From positions 14,327-46,326 of the forward strand of contig NZ_FUWK01000020.1 of the NCBI RefSeq assembly GCF_900167395.1: a stretch of 32,000 nt of DNA, given 5' to 3'. The notes below the pieces were generated by a model, which worked only from the letters and a program-made list of their open reading frames with translations, was not told the origin of the DNA and searched no databases. The stretch comes from Nitrosomonas europaea. GTDB taxonomy: Bacteria; Pseudomonadota; Gammaproteobacteria; Burkholderiales; Nitrosomonadaceae. Both the position numbers and the translations under genes were made by a program. Shown in pieces: positions 19,617 to 28,552 of this stretch; the stretch's first letter is position 1; the number at the start of each line of letters is the position of its first letter.

Positions 19617-20804
19617 TTGCTGAAAACACCCGTGGCTCTACCCCTTCCTGATCCATCCGAGCAAGCTTACAGCGACACTTTGAAGACGATGCTCCATGAA
19701 CGGATCGCGCATTCCGGCGGCTGGATTTCGTTTGCAGATTATATGGAAACCGTCTTGTATACACCTGAAACCGGATATTACAGCGGTGGCGCAGCCAAAT
19801 TCGGAACGGCAGGTGATTTTGTCACTGCCCCGGAAATCTCGCCGTTATTTGGCCAGGCTCTGGCGCGGCAGATCGCACCTATCCTGAGTGCAGTCAACCA
19901 GGGCTCGATCCTGGAATTTGGTGCAGGTTCCGGCAAGCTGGCAGTGGATCTGCTGTGTGCACTCGAAGAATTGAACAACCTGCCGCAACATTATTATATT
20001 CTCGATCTCAGTGCAGATTTGCAGCAGAGGCAACGGGCAATGATCGAACAACATATTCCTCATCTGGCATCGCGGGTAAGCTGGTTATCAGCCCTGCCGG
20101 AGCAATTCGAGGGCTTGATACTCGCCAATGAAGTCCTCGATGCTATGCCCGTTCATCTGGTTGCCTGGCAGAATGGCAACATTGCAGAACGGGGAGTGAT
20201 CTGGAAAGATCAAGGGCCGGTATGGCAGGATCAGCCTTTGGCAGCCGGCGAACTGCTCGATGTTGCCCGACAACTTCCCCCGGCTGATCAATTCTCCTAC
20301 CCTCTTTATATCAGCGAAATCAGCCTCACCAACCGGCATTTCATCTGCTCGCTGGCCATGCTGCTTCAGCGGGGCGCCATTCTGCTGGTCGATTACGGCT
20401 TTGGGCAGAATGAGTACTATCATCCACAGCGCCATCAGGGAACGCTGATGTGCCACTATCGGCATCACGCCCATGATGATCCATTTTTTCTGCCGGGATT
20501 GCAGGATATCACCAGCCACGTCGATTTCAGCACTATTGCCCGGACAGCTCTGGATTCCGGGTTGCAATTGGCCGGCTATACCACGCAGGCACATTTCCTG
20601 ATCAACTGCGGGATTACTGATTTACTGGCGCGCACCCCGGCAGATCAGCCGGGCAGTTATCTGCCGCTGGTCAGCCAGGTACAACGACTGGTCAGCCCTG
20701 CCGAAATGGGGGAATTGTTCAAGGTAATGGTCTTGAGCAGGGATATCGATATTGATGCTGCTTCTTGCGGCTTTACGAGAGGAGATTTGCGACGTCTGCT
20801 CTAG
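19617..20804 (+). CDS. class I SAM-dependent methyltransferase, DUF185 / MidA (NDUFAF7-like) family
   Basis: 395 aa. FGTAGDFVTAPEISPLFG and ILEFGAGSGKLA motifs, and ANEVLDAMP. Confidence 0.8.
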   Translation: MLKTPVALPLPDPSEQAYSDTLKTMLHERIAHSGGWISFADYMETVLYTPETGYYSGGAAKFGTAGDFVTAPEISPLFGQALARQIAPILSAVNQGSILEFGAGSGKLAVDLLCALEELNNLPQHYYILDLSADLQQRQRAMIEQHIPHLASRVSWLSALPEQFEGLILANEVLDAMPVHLVAWQNGNIAERGVIWKDQGPVWQDQPLAAGELLDVARQLPPADQFSYPLYISEISLTNRHFICSLAMLLQRGAILLVDYGFGQNEYYHPQRHQGTLMCHYRHHAHDDPFFLPGLQDITSHVDFSTIARTALDSGLQLAGYTTQAHFLINCGITDLLARTPADQPGSYLPLVSQVQRLVSPAEMGELFKVMVLSRDIDIDAASCGFTRGDLRRLL

Positions 20805-20873
20805 GAAACCTCTGATCATGCCTCACTCGCCTCGCATTCCATCCGCAAAACACAGTATACGGCCATGTGGGAC

Positions 20874-21614
20874 TTAATCAGAGATCCCCTGGCAGGTGCC
20901 GGATACTTGCCGGCCCAGTTCATGTCGAGTTGCCTGAACGACCTGTTTCAGTGTTTTAAACGCGATCTGTGCATCCGACCCAAACCTTAATAACTCGCCT
21001 AATTTGAGTGAGCCATTCAGCAGGTAAGCCAGCAATGCAATCGGCTTGACACGCCCATCCGGGTGTAATACATCCATGAGAGCCGCTGGCGGGGAAAACT
21101 GTACCGGGTCTGAAATCACGCGAATCACAACAAACGGAACCCCTTTTTCAGAAGCAACAGCAGCAATTGCACCGCTTTCCATATCAACCGCGCAAGCGCC
21201 ACTTCGAGCCGCAAGTGCATATTTTTCATCTGCGGTAGACACCAGCTCATCACTGGCAGCCACCGGACGGCGAATAATATTGAGATGAGCAGGCAGACTG
21301 CGCTCTATCCGTGTCCGCCACGCACTGTCTGTTGAATAGCTTTGCTTTGTCTGCACGGATTCCGGCGAAACCAGATCGCCCGGCTGCAGCGCATCATCCA
21401 GTGCACCGGCAATGCCAAAGCTGATCAATCCTGCTACGTTTTCCTGATCGTATAAATCGATTGCCGCACGGCGAGCAGCAACCGGACCCATGCCGCACAT
21501 CCTGATGACCAGATGATCATCAATCGGTACTGCCTGGTCGAATGGCAAGTTACGTTGTGAGGTAATACAAGCAGCTTCCGATCGCATTGCTATCACAATC
21601 CCGGTACGACTCAT
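20874..21614 (-). CDS. hpnG: hopanoid-associated phosphorylase/nucleosidase (PNP_UDP_1 superfamily)
   Basis: 246 aa with a nucleoside phosphorylase-like fold (VDMESGAIA). Its ATG overlaps the shc stop as ATGA at 21611..21614. Confidence 0.75.
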   Translation of the reverse strand: MSRTGIVIAMRSEAACITSQRNLPFDQAVPIDDHLVIRMCGMGPVAARRAAIDLYDQENVAGLISFGIAGALDDALQPGDLVSPESVQTKQSYSTDSAWRTRIERSLPAHLNIIRRPVAASDELVSTADEKYALAARSGACAVDMESGAIAAVASEKGVPFVVIRVISDPVQFSPPAALMDVLHPDGRVKPIALLAYLLNGSLKLGELLRFGSDAQIAFKTLKQVVQATRHELGRQVSGTCQGISD

Positions 21615-23611
21615 ACAACAGACCTGCTATTCATTGCACGATACCGGTTCAGCGCCCATAGCGGAAAGTATTTGGAGTAGCCGTGATATTTCAGGTAGAA
21701 AACTTTTGGAAAACCCGGAGCGGTAAACCAGGGTTCTTCCCATAATCCGGCAGCACTCTGGGTACGGATCAGATAATCGATCCCGTTTCTTACTGCTGTG
21801 CTCCCCACCTCGCCTGCCGCCATCAGCCCAAGCACTGCCCATGCGGTCTGAAAAGAAGTACTGGTTTCCAATTGTCCGGCCAGCTCGGAATCGAGATACG
21901 AATCGTTGGTTTCTCCCCATCCCCCATCGGCACGTTGCACCGACTTCAACCATTGCACTGCACGTTTTACCGCCTGATGATCATGATCCACCCGCGCTAA
22001 CTTCAATGCCTCCAGCACGGACCAGGTGCCATAAACGTAGTTGGTACCCCAGCGCCCGAACCAGGCGCCGGATGGCTCCTGCTCATTGAATAAAAATGTC
22101 AATCCGCGCTTCACGGTTTCCTGGTGTCTTGCCTCACCATTCAGAGCAAGCAGACCGATACAGCGCGCCGTCACGTCGCTCGAAGGTGGATCCAGTAACG
22201 CACCATGATCTGCGAATGGAATCTCATTCAGGTAATAGTGCACATTGTCTATGTCAAATGCGGCAAAACCGCCATTACTCGATTGCATACCCGCCAGCCA
22301 GTCTGCTGCCCGGGTAATACTGGTACGATAATCCTCTGTATCCGCCTGACATAACGCCCACGCTGCAGCAGCAGTATCATCCAGATCCGGATAATGCGGA
22401 TTGGCATACTGGAATGCCCAGCCCCCTCCCGGCAGATCAGGGCGGCTATTTCGCCAGTCGCCTGGCTGATCGAGTGCCTGCAGGGGCACGAGCCAGTCGA
22501 GAGCATGGCGAACCGGCCCGTTATCAGCCCGTTCATCCTCCTGCAACGCCAGCGAAGCCAGTACGGTATCCCACACGGGAGACACACAGGGTTGGCACCA
22601 GGTGATATCTTCCCCTTCATTTACCAGCAGTTCACGCAAAGCCAGACGGCATTGCTGAAGTAATGGATGATCATGGTCGTAGCCCAGCAATGTCAGTGCC
22701 TCATAGGCATTGACCATCGCCGGAAAAATCGCCCCCAGGCCATCTCTTCCATTGAGCCGTTCGATGGTCCACTGCTCGGCTTTTTTTAAGGCTCTGCGCC
22801 GAATGAACGACGGAATCAGAGGTTCCAGTTTTGAGCCCAGTCGCTCCAGATACAACAGCAAGTGATTAAGGGGGGTGCGTACCGGAAAATAGTTTTTTTC
22901 CATTTCCGGGTCGACCGTAAACAGTTCACGTACATGGATATTACGCGGATTGGCTGCTTTGGCTTTCAGTGTACACAGAATGGAAAGTGGCACCATCACC
23001 GTCCGTGACCAGTACGCCACTTTACTCAGATGAAAAGGAAACCAGCGCGGCAGCAGCATGATTTCAGCTGGAACAAACGGCACACCGCGCCATGGAATCT
23101 GGCGGTACATGGCCAGCAGCAAGCGGGTAAATACATTCGAGCGCGCAGCCCCTCCCCGCTCCAGTATGGCATTACGGGCACGGACCATGTGCGCTGCTTC
23201 CGGTGAATCCCCGGCCAGCTTCAGCGCATAGTAAACCTTGACACTGCAGCTCATGTCGAAGTCACCGCCATAGTACAGCGGCCAGCCGCCATGCCCGTCA
23301 GTTACCTGCCGATTACGCAAGAAATTGGCAATTCTGCGTTCCAGTGCGGTATCTATTTCATCCATGAAATGCATCATCAGGATATATTCAGCCGGAATCG
23401 TGCAGTCTGCTTCCAGCGAAAAACACCAGTGACCATCTTCCCGCTGTTGCGCCAGCAAAGCTGAGCGAGCGCGCGTAATGGCATCATCCAGTGCAACGGC
23501 AGAAATCCCGTTCACCCTGTCAACGACCGTAAAAGGTTCTGATATGGTCGAGTGATCTGATAATGAAGACTTTTGCAGGGAAGATCCGGAAAACGTCGGT
23601 GAAATGGACAT
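21611..23611 (-). CDS. shc: squalene-hopene cyclase
   Basis: Catalytic DxDDTA motif (DLDDTAAAAWAL) and multiple QW repeats (e.g. RADGGWGE, SGAWFGRWG). I prefer the MSISPTF start at 23611. The track ORF extends to 23683. Confidence 0.95.
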   Translation of the reverse strand: MSISPTFSGSSLQKSSLSDHSTISEPFTVVDRVNGISAVALDDAITRARSALLAQQREDGHWCFSLEADCTIPAEYILMMHFMDEIDTALERRIANFLRNRQVTDGHGGWPLYYGGDFDMSCSVKVYYALKLAGDSPEAAHMVRARNAILERGGAARSNVFTRLLLAMYRQIPWRGVPFVPAEIMLLPRWFPFHLSKVAYWSRTVMVPLSILCTLKAKAANPRNIHVRELFTVDPEMEKNYFPVRTPLNHLLLYLERLGSKLEPLIPSFIRRRALKKAEQWTIERLNGRDGLGAIFPAMVNAYEALTLLGYDHDHPLLQQCRLALRELLVNEGEDITWCQPCVSPVWDTVLASLALQEDERADNGPVRHALDWLVPLQALDQPGDWRNSRPDLPGGGWAFQYANPHYPDLDDTAAAAWALCQADTEDYRTSITRAADWLAGMQSSNGGFAAFDIDNVHYYLNEIPFADHGALLDPPSSDVTARCIGLLALNGEARHQETVKRGLTFLFNEQEPSGAWFGRWGTNYVYGTWSVLEALKLARVDHDHQAVKRAVQWLKSVQRADGGWGETNDSYLDSELAGQLETSTSFQTAWAVLGLMAAGEVGSTAVRNGIDYLIRTQSAAGLWEEPWFTAPGFPKVFYLKYHGYSKYFPLWALNRYRAMNSRSVV

Positions 23612-23735
23612 AAAGCGTAAAATCCTTATTCGATAAATCAGCTGAAATGATTGTGCAGCTATCAACCACAGACGATAGCCCAATAATCTAAGGAATTGTA
23701 TTTTTTGAGAAAACTATATGACAAAATTACAACAC

Positions 23736-24506
23736 TCAAGGTGCCGAATCTGTTTTTTCAGGATCTGCTATTAAGCCGGAATCATCGATCAGCAAATCAT
23801 CGTAATGGCTGGCAGGCAAATTGCCATCGTGAATCAGGTATTCGCGCTGTTGCATATAACCTTCACGCACGAACAGATAAGGATCCAATGCCGATTCATC
23901 ACGCACTTTCATCGGTCCCGAGAGACCGGCCCTCTTGTCGACGATGCGCAGAACGGCCAGTGGAATGATCACCGGCCCGCTCAGTACATAAGCCAGGTAG
24001 TACAGTCCATCCGTAAACACACTGACTGGCAGATCCGCTACATCGCGGGAAGTACTCGGACCATAGATTGGAATGAACAGATATGATCCGCTGTTCATTC
24101 CCCATACTGCCAGCGTCTGTCCAAAATCCTCATTATGCTCCGGAAATCCCATGTGCCCGGCCATATCGGCAAGCCCTCCGACACCGATCGTGGTATTGAT
24201 CACAAAACGCATCGTGTCCGAAAATCCCTGATGTATTTTTCCCTGCAGGAAACTGTTCAGCACCACACTGGGATAAGACAGATTGCGGTAAAAATTACTG
24301 ACAGGACGCTGTATCGCTTCCGGAACATACTTCAAGTACACATCAGCAATCGGTTCGAGCAACCTGCGATCGATTGCATCGGTAAAACGGTAAGATTTAC
24401 GGTTAAACGTTTCATACGGATCATACACTCCCTCCTGATGTCCTTCTCTGGGGATCGAGCCACAGCTCGTGCAGATCAACACCAGACACAGGAGAAGGTT
24501 ACGCAA
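23736..24506 (-). CDS. mlaA: MlaA/VacJ-family outer-membrane lipoprotein
   Basis: Conserved VacJ core (DPYETFNRKSYRFTDAIDRRLLEPIADVYLKYVPEAIQRPVSNFYRNLSYP...). Lipobox LICTSC. I propose the TTG start at 24506, giving MRNLLLCLVLICTSCGS. The track start at 24647 would overlap hpnA by 89 nt. Confidence 0.85.
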   Translation of the reverse strand: MRNLLLCLVLICTSCGSIPREGHQEGVYDPYETFNRKSYRFTDAIDRRLLEPIADVYLKYVPEAIQRPVSNFYRNLSYPSVVLNSFLQGKIHQGFSDTMRFVINTTIGVGGLADMAGHMGFPEHNEDFGQTLAVWGMNSGSYLFIPIYGPSTSRDVADLPVSVFTDGLYYLAYVLSGPVIIPLAVLRIVDKRAGLSGPMKVRDESALDPYLFVREGYMQQREYLIHDGNLPASHYDDLLIDDSGLIADPEKTDSAP

Positions 24507-24558
24507 GTAACAGAACCCTGCAGATGCAGGCTGACCGCTGCCACTGACTAGATCGGTG

Positions 24559-25617
24559 CTATTTCTTTTCTGTAGATCCAAAATGTTTCCTGAATGAATG
24601 AACAGGCAGATTGATATGCCCCGTCTCGACCAGCCAGATAATTTCATCGATCAGCGCCTGCCGAATCGGGGTTTGCCTGAAGCCGAGTTCACGCACGGCC
24701 TTGTCACTGTCAAAATCATTCCCTCGCCCGGCCAGACGCACCCCCGTCAGTGGTGCCATGGGAGCTTTGTGTGTCACATGATCAGCCACGAACTCCTGCA
24801 ATATCCCCACCACCAGAGCCAACCAGTACGGAATCTTATGTTCAGGCATCACCACACCGGTGATTTCCTTAAGCATGAGTAGCAACCGGCTCAACATTAT
24901 GTTCTCATGACCAAGCAGGTAGCGTTCTCCGGAACGTCCTCGCTGAGCAGCCAGGATATGCCCTTCTGCCACGTCCCGGACGTCGACCAGATTCAAACGA
25001 CAATCGAGATAAGCAGGAATTTTGCGGTTCAGGAAATCCACGATCATACGCGTAGGCGGAGTAATATGCCGATCTCCCGGACCCACCGGCAACGTTGGTG
25101 AGACAACGACGACTGACAAACCATTTCTGGAAGCTTCCAGTGCAGCCTGTTCCGCCATCAGCTTGGCCTGGCAATACGGCCCCAAAGTTTTCCTTTTGCG
25201 GGATGAAGATGACAGTGTGCGATCTGATTGGTCCGGATCACCCCGCCCGGTCAGTATGGCTTCTGTCGAGGTATGCACTACTACCTCGACATCCGCATAC
25301 ATCGCCTCACGCAACACGGTACGAGTACTTTCGTAATTGATCTGCCGGAATATCCGTTTATCGGGTGCCCATAAGTCAGTATGGGCGGCCAGATGATAAA
25401 CCCTGCGGACACCTTTCACTGCCCGGTGTACCACTGCTTCATCCGCAACCGAACCACGAATGACCTCGGCTCCATCCAGAACGGGTACATCATCCAGTTC
25501 GAGCACTCTTACCCGCTCCCCCTGCTCCAGCAGCAACCGCACGAGATGGGTACCGATAAATCCACCACCACCGGTCACCAGGGAGCAACCCCGGCTGGCC
25601 GGCATGGATTCAGCCAA
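24559..25617 (-). CDS. hpnA: hopanoid-associated NAD-dependent sugar epimerase/dehydratase family protein
   Basis: 352 aa. Rossmann motif VTGGGGFIGTHL and YCQAK (YxxxK). Located in the shc cluster. Confidence 0.8.
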   Translation of the reverse strand: MAESMPASRGCSLVTGGGGFIGTHLVRLLLEQGERVRVLELDDVPVLDGAEVIRGSVADEAVVHRAVKGVRRVYHLAAHTDLWAPDKRIFRQINYESTRTVLREAMYADVEVVVHTSTEAILTGRGDPDQSDRTLSSSSRKRKTLGPYCQAKLMAEQAALEASRNGLSVVVVSPTLPVGPGDRHITPPTRMIVDFLNRKIPAYLDCRLNLVDVRDVAEGHILAAQRGRSGERYLLGHENIMLSRLLLMLKEITGVVMPEHKIPYWLALVVGILQEFVADHVTHKAPMAPLTGVRLAGRGNDFDSDKAVRELGFRQTPIRQALIDEIIWLVETGHINLPVHSFRKHFGSTEKK

Positions 25618-25673
25618 AAAAACTCCTGAAAAGATCTCTACTCGTCATTACCTGGACAATCATTCAAATACGA

Positions 25674-26282
25674 TCAGATACGCCGTTCACCGTGTACCAC
25701 TTCAACCAGTTTAAGCGCCTGCAGCTCCATTTCCAGCACCAGCTCATCGACTTTGGCACGGAAATACCGGTAAAAAACAATGCTGGGAATAGCTACCAGA
25801 ATGCCAAACGCGGCATTATACAGAGCAACTGAAATTCCATGAGCAAGTTGTATCGGGTTACCGCCGGTCGGCGTGCCCGATCCAAAAATTTCGATCATGC
25901 CGATCAGGGTGCCGAACAACCCCATCAGCGGACTGAGCGAGGCAATCGTCCCTAACGTGGTAAGGTAGCGCTCCAGCTCATGTGCTGCCACTCGCCCGGC
26001 TTCCTCGATCGATTCTTTCATGGCCTCACGCGGACTGTCGATATTTTTCAGCCCTGCCACCAGAACCTGTCCGAGTGGAGAGTGTTCCTGTAAACGCGTC
26101 AGCGTATCGGTATGTACGCCAGAGCGGCGATATTCCTGAAGCACCCTTGGCAACAGGTCCCGCGGAGAAACTTTTGATCGACGCAGACTCCACAAACGTT
26201 CACCGATAATGCCCACTGCCAGGACAGAAGCCAGTATGATCGGCCATATTGGCCACCCTGCCGCCTGAATGATTGAAAACAC
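25674..26282 (-). CDS. exbB: MotA/TolQ/ExbB proton-channel family protein
   Basis: 202 aa with three TM segments. Signature C-terminal region LGTIASLSPLMGLFGTLIGMIEIF...ISVALYNAAFGILVAIPSIVFY. No exbD/tolR-like gene follows. Confidence 0.85.
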   Translation of the reverse strand: MFSIIQAAGWPIWPIILASVLAVGIIGERLWSLRRSKVSPRDLLPRVLQEYRRSGVHTDTLTRLQEHSPLGQVLVAGLKNIDSPREAMKESIEEAGRVAAHELERYLTTLGTIASLSPLMGLFGTLIGMIEIFGSGTPTGGNPIQLAHGISVALYNAAFGILVAIPSIVFYRYFRAKVDELVLEMELQALKLVEVVHGERRI

Positions 26283-26366
26283 GAACTGATCCCCTTGATT
26301 GTAATGAAGTCACGATATTATATTCTGCAACACCCGCCTGCTTTGCTCAACAAGCATCACAAAAGG

Positions 26367-26401
26367 TTATACACAATTCCTGTGGATAACTATGTGAATA
26401 A
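26367..26401. promoter_or_regulatory. cluster of three consensus DnaA boxes
   Basis: TTATACACA (26367..26375, forward), TGTGGATAA (26381..26389, reverse of TTATCCACA) and TGTGAATAA (26393..26401, reverse of TTATTCACA). All three match TTATNCACA exactly. A fourth box with one mismatch, TGTGGATGA, lies at 26556..26564. Confidence 0.6.
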
Positions 26402-26576
26402 ATCCTGAATAAGGCTGATAAGTATCATTGCATACATGAAGTTTTTTGAACTGCCTAATTTTTAGGCCAAATAAAATTAATGAGAACAATGACTTATTTT
26501 AAACTATTGTTATCATACAGACTTTTTTATGCATACCAGAATAATCAGATGTCATTGTGGATGATTATGGAATGAT

Positions 26577-27923
26577 ATGACCGATCACAATCTCTTGCCC
26601 GAGCCGAAAAAAATCCTGTGGCGTGTCAGTGAATTAAACCGTAATGCTCGTGTAATACTTGAACAGACTTTTCCACTGTTATGGGTAAGCGGGGAAATTT
26701 CCAACCTGAAACGCTATCCATCCGGGCACTGGTATTTTTCACTCAAGGATGACAGTGCACAGGTGCGCTGCGTCATGTTCCGCCATAAAAATCTGTATCT
26801 GGACTGGATACCGCAGGAGGGTATGCAGGTTGAAGCCCAGGCACTGGTTACACTGTATGAAGCGCGTGGAGAATTTCAACTGACTGTCGAGCAGTTGCGC
26901 CGTGCCGGGTTGGGGGCACTGTTCGAGGCATTCGAGCGACTCAAAGCCAGACTACAGCAGGAAGGACTATTCAGCCCCGAGTACAAGCAACCGTTACCCC
27001 GTTTCCCGCGACAAATCGGAATCATCACCTCTCCCAACACCGCAGCATTACGGGATGTACTGACGACCTTGCAACTGCGTTTACCTTCCATTCCCGTCGT
27101 GATCTATCCTGCACCAGTGCAGGGTGAAGGATCAGCTGCTGCAATTACCACCGCACTGCACACTGCTGCAGTACGGGGCGAATGCGATGTCCTGATCCTG
27201 TGTCGGGGAGGCGGGTCGATCGAAGATTTATGGGCATTTAATGAAGAAATCGTGGCACGGGCCATTGCTGCCTGCCCGATTCCAATCGTAACCGGTATCG
27301 GCCATGAAACCGACTTCACCATTGCCGATTTTGTGGCCGATGCTCGTGCACCAACTCCTACTGGTGCTGCTCAACTGGCTTCACCTGACAGACAGGCAAT
27401 TCTGCATCGCCTGCAGTACTGGCTGCATCGCCTGCAACAGACGATGGAACGCCATATCGAACGCCGCATGCAAGCCACTGATCTGCTTGCCCATCGGCTG
27501 ATTCATCCCGGTGAACGAATCCGTCATCAGCAGATGCATTTGTTGCAATTACGTGGCCGTCTGCAAAATGCCTGGAACCGGCAGGTTGAAATCCGCACAT
27601 GGCGAATCGAAGAAACCGGACGACGCATACACTCTGCAAAGCCCGATATCCAGGCCGGCATCAGGCATCAGCAGGAACTGGCCGCACGACTGCAGCGCGC
27701 AATGGCACACCGGCTGGAAAATCTGCAATTCAAGCTGCGCCAGCAACAGCAGCACCTGATCCACCTCGACCCGAAAGCGGTACTGGCACGCGGTTACAGT
27801 ATCGCCTATACTGCCCGGGGTGATATTCTGCATGACAGCCGGCAAACCCGGGCGGGTGACAATGTGCGACTGGTTTTTGCCAGCGGCTGGGCCAAAGCGG
27901 ATATCACTGAAACAGGCGAATGA
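26577..27923 (+). CDS. xseA: exodeoxyribonuclease VII large subunit
   Basis: 448 aa. N-terminal OB fold (VSELNRNARVILEQTFPLLWVSGEISNLKRYPSGHWYFSLKD), catalytic core (GVITSP..AALRD, RGGGSIEDLWAFN, GIGHETD) and a long C-terminal coiled coil. Confidence 0.95.
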   Translation: MTDHNLLPEPKKILWRVSELNRNARVILEQTFPLLWVSGEISNLKRYPSGHWYFSLKDDSAQVRCVMFRHKNLYLDWIPQEGMQVEAQALVTLYEARGEFQLTVEQLRRAGLGALFEAFERLKARLQQEGLFSPEYKQPLPRFPRQIGIITSPNTAALRDVLTTLQLRLPSIPVVIYPAPVQGEGSAAAITTALHTAAVRGECDVLILCRGGGSIEDLWAFNEEIVARAIAACPIPIVTGIGHETDFTIADFVADARAPTPTGAAQLASPDRQAILHRLQYWLHRLQQTMERHIERRMQATDLLAHRLIHPGERIRHQQMHLLQLRGRLQNAWNRQVEIRTWRIEETGRRIHSAKPDIQAGIRHQQELAARLQRAMAHRLENLQFKLRQQQQHLIHLDPKAVLARGYSIAYTARGDILHDSRQTRAGDNVRLVFASGWAKADITETGE

Positions 27924-28131
27924 ATCCGAGCTGCCCGTTTTCCTTCAGGAACCCCTGAAAAACGTCGGCGAGGCAGTCAGATCAGGGCAAAAATCGGCAA
28001 AAAAGCAGAGTTTATACGTAATAAATGAGTATTTTGAGCCGATTTTTAACGTAGAAATGGCAACACAGGTAGTTTTTCAGAGATTCCTTCATTCTTTTCA
28101 CCCCTCACTTTAACCGGGAGTTCAACCGACG

Positions 28132-28512
28132 ATGTCCAGAATCTTTCTTGCGCTGGGCGCAGTAAATGCATTTTTATGTGTCATGCTGGGTGCCTTGGGG
28201 TCACATGGCCTGAAATCCATATTGGCCCCCGACATCCTCACCACCTTCCAGATCGGTGTGCAATATCACTTCTACCACGCCATCGGGCTGATACTGGTCG
28301 GACTGGCGATGGATCGGCTTCCACAGGCACGTGCATTGAAGTTTTCCGGGATACTGATGATGACCGGTATCGTGCTGTTCTCCGGCACGCTGTATGTCGT
28401 CAGCCTGACCGGATGGCGCGGGCTGGGAATGGTGGCCCCATTGGGAGGGACATCCTACATGGCAGGCTGGCTCCTGTTTGCCTGGGCCACCTGGAAAAAC
28501 AAATCCGCATGA
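28132..28512 (+). CDS. DUF423 (YgdD-like) small membrane protein
   Basis: 126 aa with four TM segments. N-terminus GAVNAFLCVMLGALGSHGLK and YHFYHA are typical of DUF423. Confidence 0.8.
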   Translation: MSRIFLALGAVNAFLCVMLGALGSHGLKSILAPDILTTFQIGVQYHFYHAIGLILVGLAMDRLPQARALKFSGILMMTGIVLFSGTLYVVSLTGWRGLGMVAPLGGTSYMAGWLLFAWATWKNKSA

Positions 28513-28552
28513 AATTCGTATTCCGGATTTCTTTGTGATCTCTCCACATGAA

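Noticed and set aside
24507-24647. 47-codon N-terminal extension of the mlaA ORF.
   Set aside because: It overlaps hpnA by 89 nt and precedes the lipoprotein signal peptide. A TTG start at 24506 gives a canonical signal (MRNLLLCLVLICTSC).
26283-26576. Interpretation of the DnaA-box/AT-rich spacer as the chromosomal origin oriC.
   Set aside because: This is not adopted as the primary call. Only four boxes are present, and there are no dnaA, dnaN, gidA, parAB or rpmH neighbours. The long run of plus-strand genes at 4.5-18.8 kb points toward the site rather than away from it. It cannot be excluded without whole-chromosome GC skew, so it is kept as an alternative within the finding.
27989-28047. 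10-bp inverted repeat AAAAATCGGC / GCCGATTTTT downstream of xseA, considered as a terminator or repeat element.
   Set aside because: The stem is A/T-rich with a 39-nt loop, and it is not repeated elsewhere in the window. That is too weak to call.
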